NCBI GenBank assembly: GCA_040755895.1
Contig: JBFMAG010000028.1
Location: 1-39,666, forward strand
DNA: 39,666 bases
From: Actinomycetota bacterium
Lineage (GTDB): Bacteria > Actinomycetota > Aquicultoria > Subteraquimicrobiales > Subteraquimicrobiaceae
Reading direction: 5' to 3'
The position numbers and the translations under genes are program-made. Each line of letters starts with the position of its first letter. The stretch's first letter is position 1. Below the pieces are notes generated by a model. It saw only the letters and a list, made by a program, of their open reading frames with translations, searched no databases and was not told the DNA's origin. Positions 14,783 to 22,945 of this stretch are shown here, in pieces.

Positions 14783-16164
14783 GAGAACCTCCCTGATGAA
14801 CCTTCAGGCAAGTAGCCAGCCTGTCGTCCCGGCGATGAGTCAGGAAAGCAAAGTATGCGAAGGGTGACTACGGTGCCCTTACCCATCTCGCTATCAATAT
14901 TGAGTCTATATTCATCGCCATAGAGACTTTTTAGCCTCTCATTAACATTGCTCAACCCTATTCCCATTCCCTTACCGAGGCCCGATAGGAGGATTTTATG
15001 CATATTGGTTGAGGGAATACCAACCCCATTGTCCTCAACTTTTATTATCATTTCCGAGTTTTTGAGTTCAGATGAAATTTTTATCTTAAGACCATTGGAC
15101 GTGAGGCCGTGCTTTACGGCATTTTCCACGATTGGTTGAAGAACCAGGGCGGGAAGCTTTAAATTTAGTGTTGAAGGATCTATGTCCTCTATTATCCGTA
15201 GCTTTTCCCCGAATCTTGCCTTTTCAAAGATAAGATAGGAATTGACGTAGTCTAATTCCTCCTCCAAAGTTACCATATCGCTTCCCCTCTCCAGAGTTTT
15301 TCTGAAAAAATCTGCGAACTGAATGAGTAGCTTCCGCGCTCTGTCGGGCTTGGTACGGCAAAACATGGCGATGGTGTTCAGGGTATTGTACAGGAAATGG
15401 GGATTGATCTGAGCCTGCAAGGCTTTAAGCTCAGCCTTACATGCAAGTTCGCGCTGTTTATCGATCTCAGAGAGTTCTAGCTGAGTACTTAAGAGGCGAG
15501 CTAATCCTTCGGCCACCGTTACTCGGCTCTCCGTCAGCTTTTCTTTGTTATCGTAATAAAACTTGAGAGCTCCAACGGCTTTACCTCTTAATTCTAAGGG
15601 CACAACGATGGCAGCCTGGAGAGGACAATCCAAAACGGGGCAACCGATTTCCTCTCGAGACTTGAGGATTCGGGTTTCATCGTACTTCAAAGATTCCCTG
15701 GTGGCTTTTGTCATGATGGGTTTTCCGGCCCTGTGATGATTTTTCCCCCCACCAGTAAAAGCCAACACAGTATTGAGATCTGTCAGAGCAACGGCTAAGG
15801 CGTCGGATTCCTTGTGAATTATCTCCGCTACTTTGCTCGCTGAATCGGAGTTTAATCCTGTCCTCAAGTAGGGTAGGGTCTGATTGGCGATTTCCAAAAT
15901 TTGGTGTGATTGCATTGCCTTTCCATGCTCCGGTTCTTCCTTTAAACTCAGGAAAACCGTCAAACTTAAAAAAATCCCCGTGGTAATAAGAGCAGTCAAA
16001 AGTGGTAGAGCTACCCTTCCTTCGAAGATAATCCCCAAACTTGGACCGAAAAGATAGACCAGAAAAGCCAGCCACGAACCAAAAACCAAACTGAAGACGA
16101 AATAAATGCATAGCTTCGAAAGAATATTTTTCCGCCTATAAAACACCCTAATCACCATACTCAC
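14779..16164 (-). CDS. LytS/YehU-type sensor histidine kinase (TM segments, GAF-like, PF06580 His-kinase, HATPase_c)
   Basis: Carries the INPHFLYNTLNTI phospho-acceptor box, N/G boxes (ENAVKHG, GIGLSNV) and N-terminal hydrophobic helices. Confidence 0.88.
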   Translation of the reverse strand: MSMVIRVFYRRKNILSKLCIYFVFSLVFGSWLAFLVYLFGPSLGIIFEGRVALPLLTALITTGIFLSLTVFLSLKEEPEHGKAMQSHQILEIANQTLPYLRTGLNSDSASKVAEIIHKESDALAVALTDLNTVLAFTGGGKNHHRAGKPIMTKATRESLKYDETRILKSREEIGCPVLDCPLQAAIVVPLELRGKAVGALKFYYDNKEKLTESRVTVAEGLARLLSTQLELSEIDKQRELACKAELKALQAQINPHFLYNTLNTIAMFCRTKPDRARKLLIQFADFFRKTLERGSDMVTLEEELDYVNSYLIFEKARFGEKLRIIEDIDPSTLNLKLPALVLQPIVENAVKHGLTSNGLKIKISSELKNSEMIIKVEDNGVGIPSTNMHKILLSGLGKGMGIGLSNVNERLKSLYGDEYRLNIDSEMGKGTVVTLRILCFPDSSPGRQAGYLPEGSSGRFS

Positions 16165-16298
16165 TTTATTGTAACTCTTAATTTCCTTGACACTTAGGTG
16201 TACTACGACTTTATTAGTTTATTACCCGCATACCATTGGTTTTATTATTATAAACCATAGCTGCTCTTTTTAATACCCTGGTTCCGCATTCATAGCAT

Positions 16299-17156
16299 TT
16301 ACAGCCAAAACCAACTTAAAACCTCAAAGTAAGCAAAGTAGAGGGCTATAATGAGAAGGAAAAGCCCAAATAAGAATCGCACCAGGGATTCTCGTAATTT
16401 AATGGTGATTTTTGATCCCAAATATGCTCCAGGGATAACCCCAGAGATTAGAAGAAGTGCTAATTTCACATCGACGTGTTTCAAAAAATAATGTGCTATG
16501 GAACCGGGTAAGGTATAGACGGTGATCACCACCAGGGAGGTACCGAAAGCCTCTTTTACGTTCTTTTCAAAAAGGATAATCATCGCTGGGATGAGTAAAA
16601 ATCCTCCTCCCAGGCCTAAAAATCCAGAGAAAAATCCACAACCAAAACCGGTTCCCAAAATTGTACTTCTATTTGATCGAAAGAAATGCTTGCCTATCCC
16701 TCCAGCAGACCTGCCTGCCTGCCGGTGGGCATGACCTGCTTCTGCCTGAGCAGAGCGATGGCCGACAGGCCTACCTGCTGTGCATGAGGGGTCGTTCCTT
16801 CCCCCTGCCTTCTGTGGAATTAAAAATTTGATTCCCAACAGCAAAATCACCAAGGCCGTGATGAGCATAATGAGATGACCTGGGAATAAGAGGGTGATTC
16901 CGGAGCCCAGAAACACCCCAATGACACCCGGAATTGCCAACTGCGAGGCTAACCTTCCATCCACGAGCTTACTTCGATGATAAATGTAAGCTCCAGTGAG
17001 AGCCGAGGGAATTATTACCAGTAGAGGAGTTCCCAGAGCTATCCAAGGGGAATAACCCAAAATTAAGCGTATTGCGGGAGTGGTGATCACTCCTCCTCCC
17101 ACGCCAAATTGGCCGGAGAGATAACCAGAAACAAAACCTATTAGGATTTCCTTCAT
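16299..17156 (-). CDS. TauE/SafE-family anion (sulfite-type) exporter with an unusual Gly/Arg/His/Ala-rich central loop
   Basis: Two 4-TM halves with GGG motifs. The loop residues, about 115-165, are encoded by a GC-rich CTGC-rich tract (16662-16814). Confidence 0.8.
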   Translation of the reverse strand: MKEILIGFVSGYLSGQFGVGGGVITTPAIRLILGYSPWIALGTPLLVIIPSALTGAYIYHRSKLVDGRLASQLAIPGVIGVFLGSGITLLFPGHLIMLITALVILLLGIKFLIPQKAGGRNDPSCTAGRPVGHRSAQAEAGHAHRQAGRSAGGIGKHFFRSNRSTILGTGFGCGFFSGFLGLGGGFLLIPAMIILFEKNVKEAFGTSLVVITVYTLPGSIAHYFLKHVDVKLALLLISGVIPGAYLGSKITIKLRESLVRFLFGLFLLIIALYFAYFEVLSWFWL

Positions 17157-17334
17157 AATTTTCCTTTATAGCTGGGCCATAAATCACGAATATTTTTCTG
17201 AAGGGGTGGGGCTGAAGAGGCGACTCTGAGCACGCCGTCCACCCCTCTTTAGATAATCATGCAGCAGATTCTGAAATACGACAAGGGTCATGGGAGAATT
17301 GACCGATGACCCATAACTCTTGATTTACGGTACA

Positions 17335-18273
17335 CTAGAGCTGCCAAGGGGCAACCCTGCCAATTTCCTGACCGAAGTTTCTCAATCTAATCGAACCGAA
17401 AACCAAGCCCGAAATACGAGCATTGATAACGGGTGTTAACACCTTGAGAATATCCGTTTCAGCATCGTAGCCGGTGAGAATACCTATCCCCAGAAGCTCA
17501 CCACGGGAATCTTTTAACCCCAATACCAGATTGAATAGCTCTATTCCCCCAGCCAAATCAATGCCGGGAGGATAGAGGGCCAAGCTCCTTAAGGGTAAAC
17601 TCAGTACCTTGGAATTAGCGAAATAGCGCTGGTATGCATTCTTCCTAATTCTAATCCTTTCTTCCCTGCTTAAAATCCTAACTTCTGGTGGAACGGGTAA
17701 TCTATGGATCCGATATCTTGAAAAGGTCCAGATCGATCGGAGGATGGGTTCAAGTTCCTTCCCCCTTTGAAGAGCAACTATGTAGTCAGGCGAGGTTAAA
17801 TTAATCTTATGATACTTTAGGGCTTCTCCGAAGGGATGAGCTATTAACCCACTGGTATCCACCACAATGAGATTGCACCCCATATCCCGCGCCTTATCCA
17901 CCATCCTCTTCGCCCCTACCAGGGTTTCAAGCATATGCCCTCTGGGGCTGTTATCCCCGACAAAGTGTAGGCTCGCGGGCTTAAGCACCTTCAGGTCTTC
18001 CTTCGGCTCTGAGGCAACGACCAATCCAATGGTTGTAGGGGGACCAAAAGTGGATTGACCCACATCGGAATCGACTATCCCCACTCGTGCTCCTCTTTTA
18101 AGGGCTCGATCGGCTAAAGCAAGGGAGAATGTTGTTTTTCCAGTATCGGGCCCTCCCAGGACAAAAATAATCCCCTTGAAAGGGGGATTCGATAATATTC
18201 TGATTGTTTCTTCCCACTGAACCGGATATTCCATCAACTCCTCCACAGTCCATTCTTCGAGCTTCCTGTTCAT
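17335..18273 (-). CDS. Clp1/Grc3-like P-loop polynucleotide 5'-hydroxyl kinase homologue
   Basis: GGPDTGKTTF Walker A followed by VDSDVGQSTFGPPTTIGL, as in the Clp1_P domain. The start is moved to ATG 18273; the upstream 16 codons lie in an A-rich repeat tract. Confidence 0.7.
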   Translation of the reverse strand: MNRKLEEWTVEELMEYPVQWEETIRILSNPPFKGIIFVLGGPDTGKTTFSLALADRALKRGARVGIVDSDVGQSTFGPPTTIGLVVASEPKEDLKVLKPASLHFVGDNSPRGHMLETLVGAKRMVDKARDMGCNLIVVDTSGLIAHPFGEALKYHKINLTSPDYIVALQRGKELEPILRSIWTFSRYRIHRLPVPPEVRILSREERIRIRKNAYQRYFANSKVLSLPLRSLALYPPGIDLAGGIELFNLVLGLKDSRGELLGIGILTGYDAETDILKVLTPVINARISGLVFGSIRLRNFGQEIGRVAPWQL

Positions 18274-18280
18274 TGAGATT

Positions 18281-18357
18281 AATGAAAAATTGAAAGTGAA
18301 AAAATAAAAATCACAATCCAAAATTAAAAATGGTAAAAGCTAAAAAGACGTAAAGCT
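18281..18357. repeat. A-rich tract phased every 7 nt (about 11 heptamers); related copy at 36401-36463
   Basis: aatgaaa/aattgaa/agtgaaa/aaataaa/aatcaca/atccaaa/attaaaa/atggtaa/aagctaa/aaagacg. It shares ..tgaaagtg.aaaa..caatc(c/t)aaaattaaaa.. with the second locus. Confidence 0.6.
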
Positions 18358-18363
18358 TTAGCA

Positions 18364-18795
18364 TTAACGGATTTTGGAGAGCATCTCCTTTGCCTTTTTC
18401 ATGATCTGAATCTCGGTTTTATATGAAAGGAGATCGATGGCCATATCGATGGGAAACCATCTGACCTCTTCGACCTCATAATCGTGATTTTGAACATTCC
18501 CGCTCTTATATTCGATGAGATAGAAATGGACGAACTTGTGATACCGAGTATCCTCGGGCTTCCAATAAAACCAGTAGTCTATCTGTCCAATCTTGTCCAC
18601 GATCTCTCCGCGAAGTCCCGTTTCCTCCTCCACCTCTCTGACCGCCGTCTCCTGTGGATTTTCTCCTCTTTCAATCAATCCCTTGGGCAGACACCAGATT
18701 TTGCCCTCACCCCTTCGAGCAAGGGCGACTTGAATTTCTTTATCCACCCTTCGGAAGATAACCCCACCCGATGAAACGGCGCGTTTGGTTTTCAT
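18364..18795 (-). CDS. NUDIX hydrolase
   Basis: Nudix box GLIERGENPQETAVREVEEETGL. The ORF opens at TTG 18810; ATG 18795 was chosen. Confidence 0.85.
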   Translation of the reverse strand: MKTKRAVSSGGVIFRRVDKEIQVALARRGEGKIWCLPKGLIERGENPQETAVREVEEETGLRGEIVDKIGQIDYWFYWKPEDTRYHKFVHFYLIEYKSGNVQNHDYEVEEVRWFPIDMAIDLLSYKTEIQIMKKAKEMLSKIR

Positions 18796-18849
18796 CTTTG
18801 TCAATCCCAATGAATTCTTCCGTCCAAATTAAGACCAGGTGGCTCGCGA

Positions 18850-19905
18850 CTAAGTAGCGAGTTTCCTCTCCGCTACCTCGCTGCCCACAATGTTGAGATC
18901 GGTCTCGCAGAACTGACATTTCCCACCTTGAATATGATACTTTGTGATACTATAGCCCCATCTCTCAATGACCAGTCTCCCACAACCGGGGCAATAGGTA
19001 TTCTCACCCGGATGACCCGGTACATTTCCCACGTAGACGAAGGAGAGCCCCTCTTCAAAACCCATTTCCCTGGCCCTCTTCAATGTCTTTGTTGGCGTGG
19101 GGTATAGGTGAGAGAGTTCCAAGTAGGGAATGAATCGGGTCACATGCCACGGGGTATTGGTTCCCAAGGAATTCTTTATCCATCTGGCAATTCCACGAAG
19201 TTGGTTTTCATCATCATTGTATGTGGGAATCACATTCGTTACCGCTTCAATGTGCATGTTCCATTTCTTCTTGGCTCGGATTGCGGCTTCCAAGATCGGG
19301 GAAAAATCGGGAACATTGGATAGCTTTTTATAAAGCTCATTGGTAAAGCCCTTGATGTCCACCCGAAATACATCAAGATAGGGGCCAATCATATCCAGAG
19401 CTTCCTGAGTGATGTAACCATTGGTCACGTAAATAGTGTAAAGTCCATTTTCCCTGCACAATCTGGCCGAATCCAAGGTATATTCAAACCAGATGGTTGG
19501 TTCATTGTATGTCCAAGCAAGCCCCTGACAATCATATCTCTTCGCCAAGTCCACAGCGTACTCTGGGGACACCTCGGTTAGACCCGAGCCCTTCTCGTCT
19601 GGACGTGCATGAGCAATTTGCCAATTTTGGCAATGCTTACACCTTAAATTGCAACCCAATGTTCCGAAGGAAAGAACTTGGCTGCCTGGATAAAAATGAA
19701 AAACGGGTTTCTTTTCCACAGGGTCCGCCGCGATCGAGGAGCATTTGGCATAGATCAGGGTGTATAATGTGCCCTCCTCATTTAACCTCGTTCCGCAATA
19801 ACCGCGTTTTCCTAAGGAGATAACACATCGTCTCGGGCAAACATTGCACCTTACCTTCTTGTCTGCTAATTTTTCATAAAGGAAAGCTTCTTTCAAAACA
19901 TACAC
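18850..19905 (-). CDS. AmmeMemoRadiSam-system-type radical SAM enzyme
   Basis: Carries the CNLRCKHCQNW radical-SAM cluster motif, an N-terminal CNVCPRRC..C cluster, a C-terminal CPGCG..CQFC motif, and overall resemblance to PFL-activase-like TIGR04337 proteins. Confidence 0.8.
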   Translation of the reverse strand: MYVLKEAFLYEKLADKKVRCNVCPRRCVISLGKRGYCGTRLNEEGTLYTLIYAKCSSIAADPVEKKPVFHFYPGSQVLSFGTLGCNLRCKHCQNWQIAHARPDEKGSGLTEVSPEYAVDLAKRYDCQGLAWTYNEPTIWFEYTLDSARLCRENGLYTIYVTNGYITQEALDMIGPYLDVFRVDIKGFTNELYKKLSNVPDFSPILEAAIRAKKKWNMHIEAVTNVIPTYNDDENQLRGIARWIKNSLGTNTPWHVTRFIPYLELSHLYPTPTKTLKRAREMGFEEGLSFVYVGNVPGHPGENTYCPGCGRLVIERWGYSITKYHIQGGKCQFCETDLNIVGSEVAERKLAT

Positions 19906-19935
19906 CCTTTGAATTTAAACCTATAAGGCATGGGA

Positions 19936-21696
19936 TTAGTCCGGAGCGATATAGGCTCGATTCCGTCCACTTTCTTTCGCTTTATACATGGCTTTGTCCG
20001 CTTTCTCAACGAAAGTTGCGACATCCTTTATATTGGGGGTAAGAGGAGTGATACCCAAACTGATGGTGATTCTATTGGGGTTGCCATTTAAAATAAACTC
20101 ATGAGCTTCCACTTTTCTTCTCAATTTTTCAGCCACAGCAAAAGCCTCCGTTTTATCGGTCTCCGGCAAGATCAATGCAAATTCGTCCCCACCGTAGCGA
20201 GCAGCCAAGTCCGCTTCTCGGATATTCCTCTTTATGATCTGTGCCATGATTTTTAGCACCTCATCCCCTCTCACGTGACCGTACGTGTCGTTTATGGGTT
20301 TGAAGAGATCTACATCGATCATAATAAGTGAGAGAGGTGAACCATAACGTAAAGCCCTTTTGAACTCCACCTTTAAGCGTTCCATGAAATTTTTATGGTT
20401 GGATAATCCGGTCAGACCATCGGTAATGGAGGTTTGCCTTAACTGTTCCACCACCTTCAAGAAGAGCCTTCGCTGAAAAGGAAAACACATTCCCCATTCC
20501 GCTAGGCCTTGGTAAATGGCGATGGCCTCTTCTCGGCAGGATTCATATCCACAGGCTCCACAATCGAGCTCATCCCGCTGATCACACTTTTCCGCGGTAG
20601 CTAATACCTCCTTGAGTTCTTCCTCCGTGGGAAAGGGGAGTTTTACCTCCTTGCTGGTAAATTCTCGCCGCATTTCAATCCATGGCAGCCTGGGAAGAAT
20701 TTGCTTGAAGTTTACCTTCCTCGGAGAGCTTTTGCTTTTCTCCTTATAATATTGCTCAATGATGTTTTTACGAGCATAGGTGCTCATATTGTCTCCCATC
20801 GCAGGTCCATCCACACACCCATCGCAGTCCAGAACGTCGATCAATTTTGGTCTTACCTCACCGCGAAGGAAGGCATCAGCCAGCTTTTCAATGCCATAAA
20901 TTCCTCGTATCACCCGAATGTCCCTATCCAAAAGAGAGTAATTGGCAATGGTTTCTCTGGGAAAACCACCACTTAAAGAAAACATCCTCAAAAGTACGGG
21001 GCGAACGGCATCCAAATTGACTGGAGGGAGGGACTCTAAATTGATATCCGCCTCTTTGAACATCAATCTTAGCTCATCAAAGGTAAGCACAGCATCGATG
21101 GCATCGGCCACAGGGTCGTCCCTGACCTCGGCTTTCGCCGCAACACAAGGACCAATGTATACTGTGGCCGTACCGGGATCGTACATCTCTTTAACTAAAC
21201 GCCCTTGCGCAATTACGGGAGAGATGATCGGAGCCAAATAAGCTAAGAATTCAGGATAATACTTCTCTAACCATGTGACAACCGCCGGACACGTTGATCT
21301 GACTATGGGTTCACCTGCCCGCTCTTTAAAAAGCTTCATATATTCATCGGCGACGAGTTCCTCACCCAAAAGAGTATCTTCCACGGAGAAGAATCCGAGT
21401 TTTTCCAAGCCGGCTGCAACCTGGGTGGGAGTTGCTGGGTAAAATGAAGCTACACACTCCGAGGCAAGAATAGCCACTACTTGATGGGAGGAGAGCAAAC
21501 CCTTCACTAAATCTATTTCAGTCTTTGCTTGCTTCGCCCCCTGGGTACAAGCATTGATACATCGACCGCAATAAATGCATTTCTCCTCAAGGACTTCTGC
21601 TTGTCCGTCCCTAACCTTTATGGCCTTCACGGGGCAGATACGCACACAACCATAACATTCTTTACATCGTTCTTCGATACTTTCGATAACCCTCAT
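19936..21696 (-). CDS. Sensory [FeFe]-hydrogenase-like protein (2x[4Fe-4S] ferredoxin, H-cluster-type domain, CxxCGxxxC FeS domain) fused to a GGDEF diguanylate cyclase
   Basis: CKECYGCVRICP and CIYCGRCINAC motifs. H-domain motifs are STCPAV (L1-like), GPCVAAKAE (L2, PCxxKxxE) and LDCDGCVDGP (L3). CGACGYESC is present, and the C-terminus has RYGGDEF with DVDLFKPINDTYGH. Confidence 0.8.
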   Translation of the reverse strand: MRVIESIEERCKECYGCVRICPVKAIKVRDGQAEVLEEKCIYCGRCINACTQGAKQAKTEIDLVKGLLSSHQVVAILASECVASFYPATPTQVAAGLEKLGFFSVEDTLLGEELVADEYMKLFKERAGEPIVRSTCPAVVTWLEKYYPEFLAYLAPIISPVIAQGRLVKEMYDPGTATVYIGPCVAAKAEVRDDPVADAIDAVLTFDELRLMFKEADINLESLPPVNLDAVRPVLLRMFSLSGGFPRETIANYSLLDRDIRVIRGIYGIEKLADAFLRGEVRPKLIDVLDCDGCVDGPAMGDNMSTYARKNIIEQYYKEKSKSSPRKVNFKQILPRLPWIEMRREFTSKEVKLPFPTEEELKEVLATAEKCDQRDELDCGACGYESCREEAIAIYQGLAEWGMCFPFQRRLFLKVVEQLRQTSITDGLTGLSNHKNFMERLKVEFKRALRYGSPLSLIMIDVDLFKPINDTYGHVRGDEVLKIMAQIIKRNIREADLAARYGGDEFALILPETDKTEAFAVAEKLRRKVEAHEFILNGNPNRITISLGITPLTPNIKDVATFVEKADKAMYKAKESGRNRAYIAPD

Positions 21697-21780
21697 TCCA
21701 ATTCACTTCTTGAATTTTAATGTCCCCTCCCTTTAACACGCTATTATAGAGTAAAAAGTATGGTGGATTCTAATCAACCC

Positions 21781-22245
21781 TTAATCCGTTACATCAACTA
21801 TCTCGCCCTGAGTGACTCCCTGCAAATCTTGAGATTTCATTTTTAACATGGCATTTATTTCTCCTCCACCTGTATACATGACTTCGACGTCCATCACGCT
21901 TTTATCGATTAAAATTCGAATTTTATTTTCAAAACAAAAGGGAGGAGTGGCTCCCACAACGTAACCGGTGAGCTCAACAACCTCTTCAGGGCTTGCTAAT
22001 CTAACTCTGGAAGTCCCCAAAACTTTTTTTAACTTCTTGTAACTCACCTTCTTATCCCCGCACGTCACTACGGCAACTGGTTCACTATCCACGAAAAATA
22101 TCACGGTTTTAATAATTTCACATAAATCCAATCCCAAAAGAGCAGCGGCTCTTTCCGCAGTTCTGGTGGGACTATTCAATAGAAAGATCTCATGAGGTAT
22201 ATCCCTTGATTGCAAATAATTGTGCACATCCACACTCGTCCTCAT
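21781..22245 (-). CDS. YbaK/ProX-type aminoacyl-tRNA trans-editing domain protein
   Basis: 154 aa with the ..KTVIF..VVTCGDKKVSYKKL..LTGYVVGATPPF pattern of PF04073. Confidence 0.75.
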   Translation of the reverse strand: MRTSVDVHNYLQSRDIPHEIFLLNSPTRTAERAAALLGLDLCEIIKTVIFFVDSEPVAVVTCGDKKVSYKKLKKVLGTSRVRLASPEEVVELTGYVVGATPPFCFENKIRILIDKSVMDVEVMYTGGGEINAMLKMKSQDLQGVTQGEIVDVTD

Positions 22246-22371
22246 TTAGCCCCTCCTTAAAAACCCATCATAAATAATTTACCCTAAGACTCTCCTTTTT
22301 AAACAGTAATAAGCCAAAAAGGAGGTAAGTATATTTACTATAACATCTCGGAATTTGACTGACAATCGGGA

Positions 22372-22833
22372 TTAACGGGCTAAAAGGAAGGCTTTCCCCA
22401 CAGCTTCCTGGGGATTTTTCGCCAGAATTATGGCCTCCACCGGTTTTCCTTCCTTTTTGAGCTCCCATGTTCCGATGCCCACTACGGATTTCCCCATCTT
22501 GAGAGCCAGTCCTATTTCGGAAAGGGTGCCGAACTCACCGCCGATGGCTATAACCACCTGTCCGGCTCGAACGACAAGAGCATTTCGGGCTTCACCCATG
22601 CCCGTTGGAATGGCCACGTCAACGTAGGAGTTGGCATGCCTCTCCTCGGTGGGAAGAATGCCCACAGTCAGACCTCCCGCACTCTTCGCACCCTTGCAAG
22701 CGGCTTCCATGACCCCACCTAAGCCGCCGCAAACCAAAATAGCGCCTCTTTGTGCAATGAGTTTACCTACCTCATAGGCAATCCCGTAGATTTTATCGTC
22801 ACACTGACCAGCCCCTATCACACTAATATACAT
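22372..22833 (-). CDS. TIGR00725 / LOG-like (SLOG-type Rossmann) protein
   Basis: ISVIGAG..VCGGLGGVMEAACKGA..GILP..PTGMGEARN..IAIGGEFGTLSEI. Confidence 0.75.
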   Translation of the reverse strand: MYISVIGAGQCDDKIYGIAYEVGKLIAQRGAILVCGGLGGVMEAACKGAKSAGGLTVGILPTEERHANSYVDVAIPTGMGEARNALVVRAGQVVIAIGGEFGTLSEIGLALKMGKSVVGIGTWELKKEGKPVEAIILAKNPQEAVGKAFLLAR

Positions 22834-22850
22834 AATTCCTCCTCTTACTC

Positions 22851-22937
22851 CGACTAGCGACTTTCGACTAGCGATTAGCGTTAGAGGAAATAATAATTAA
22901 ATCGCTCATCGCTGATCGCTCATCGAAAATCGAGCTT
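22851..22937. repeat. Inverted pair of heptamer arrays (copy B)
   Basis: cgactag/cgacttt/cgactag/cgattag/cgttaga - ggaaataataattaaat - cgctcat/cgctgat/cgctcat/cgaaaat/cgagctt. It lies directly downstream of the helicase stop. Confidence 0.8.
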
Positions 22938-22945
22938 TTTATCCC

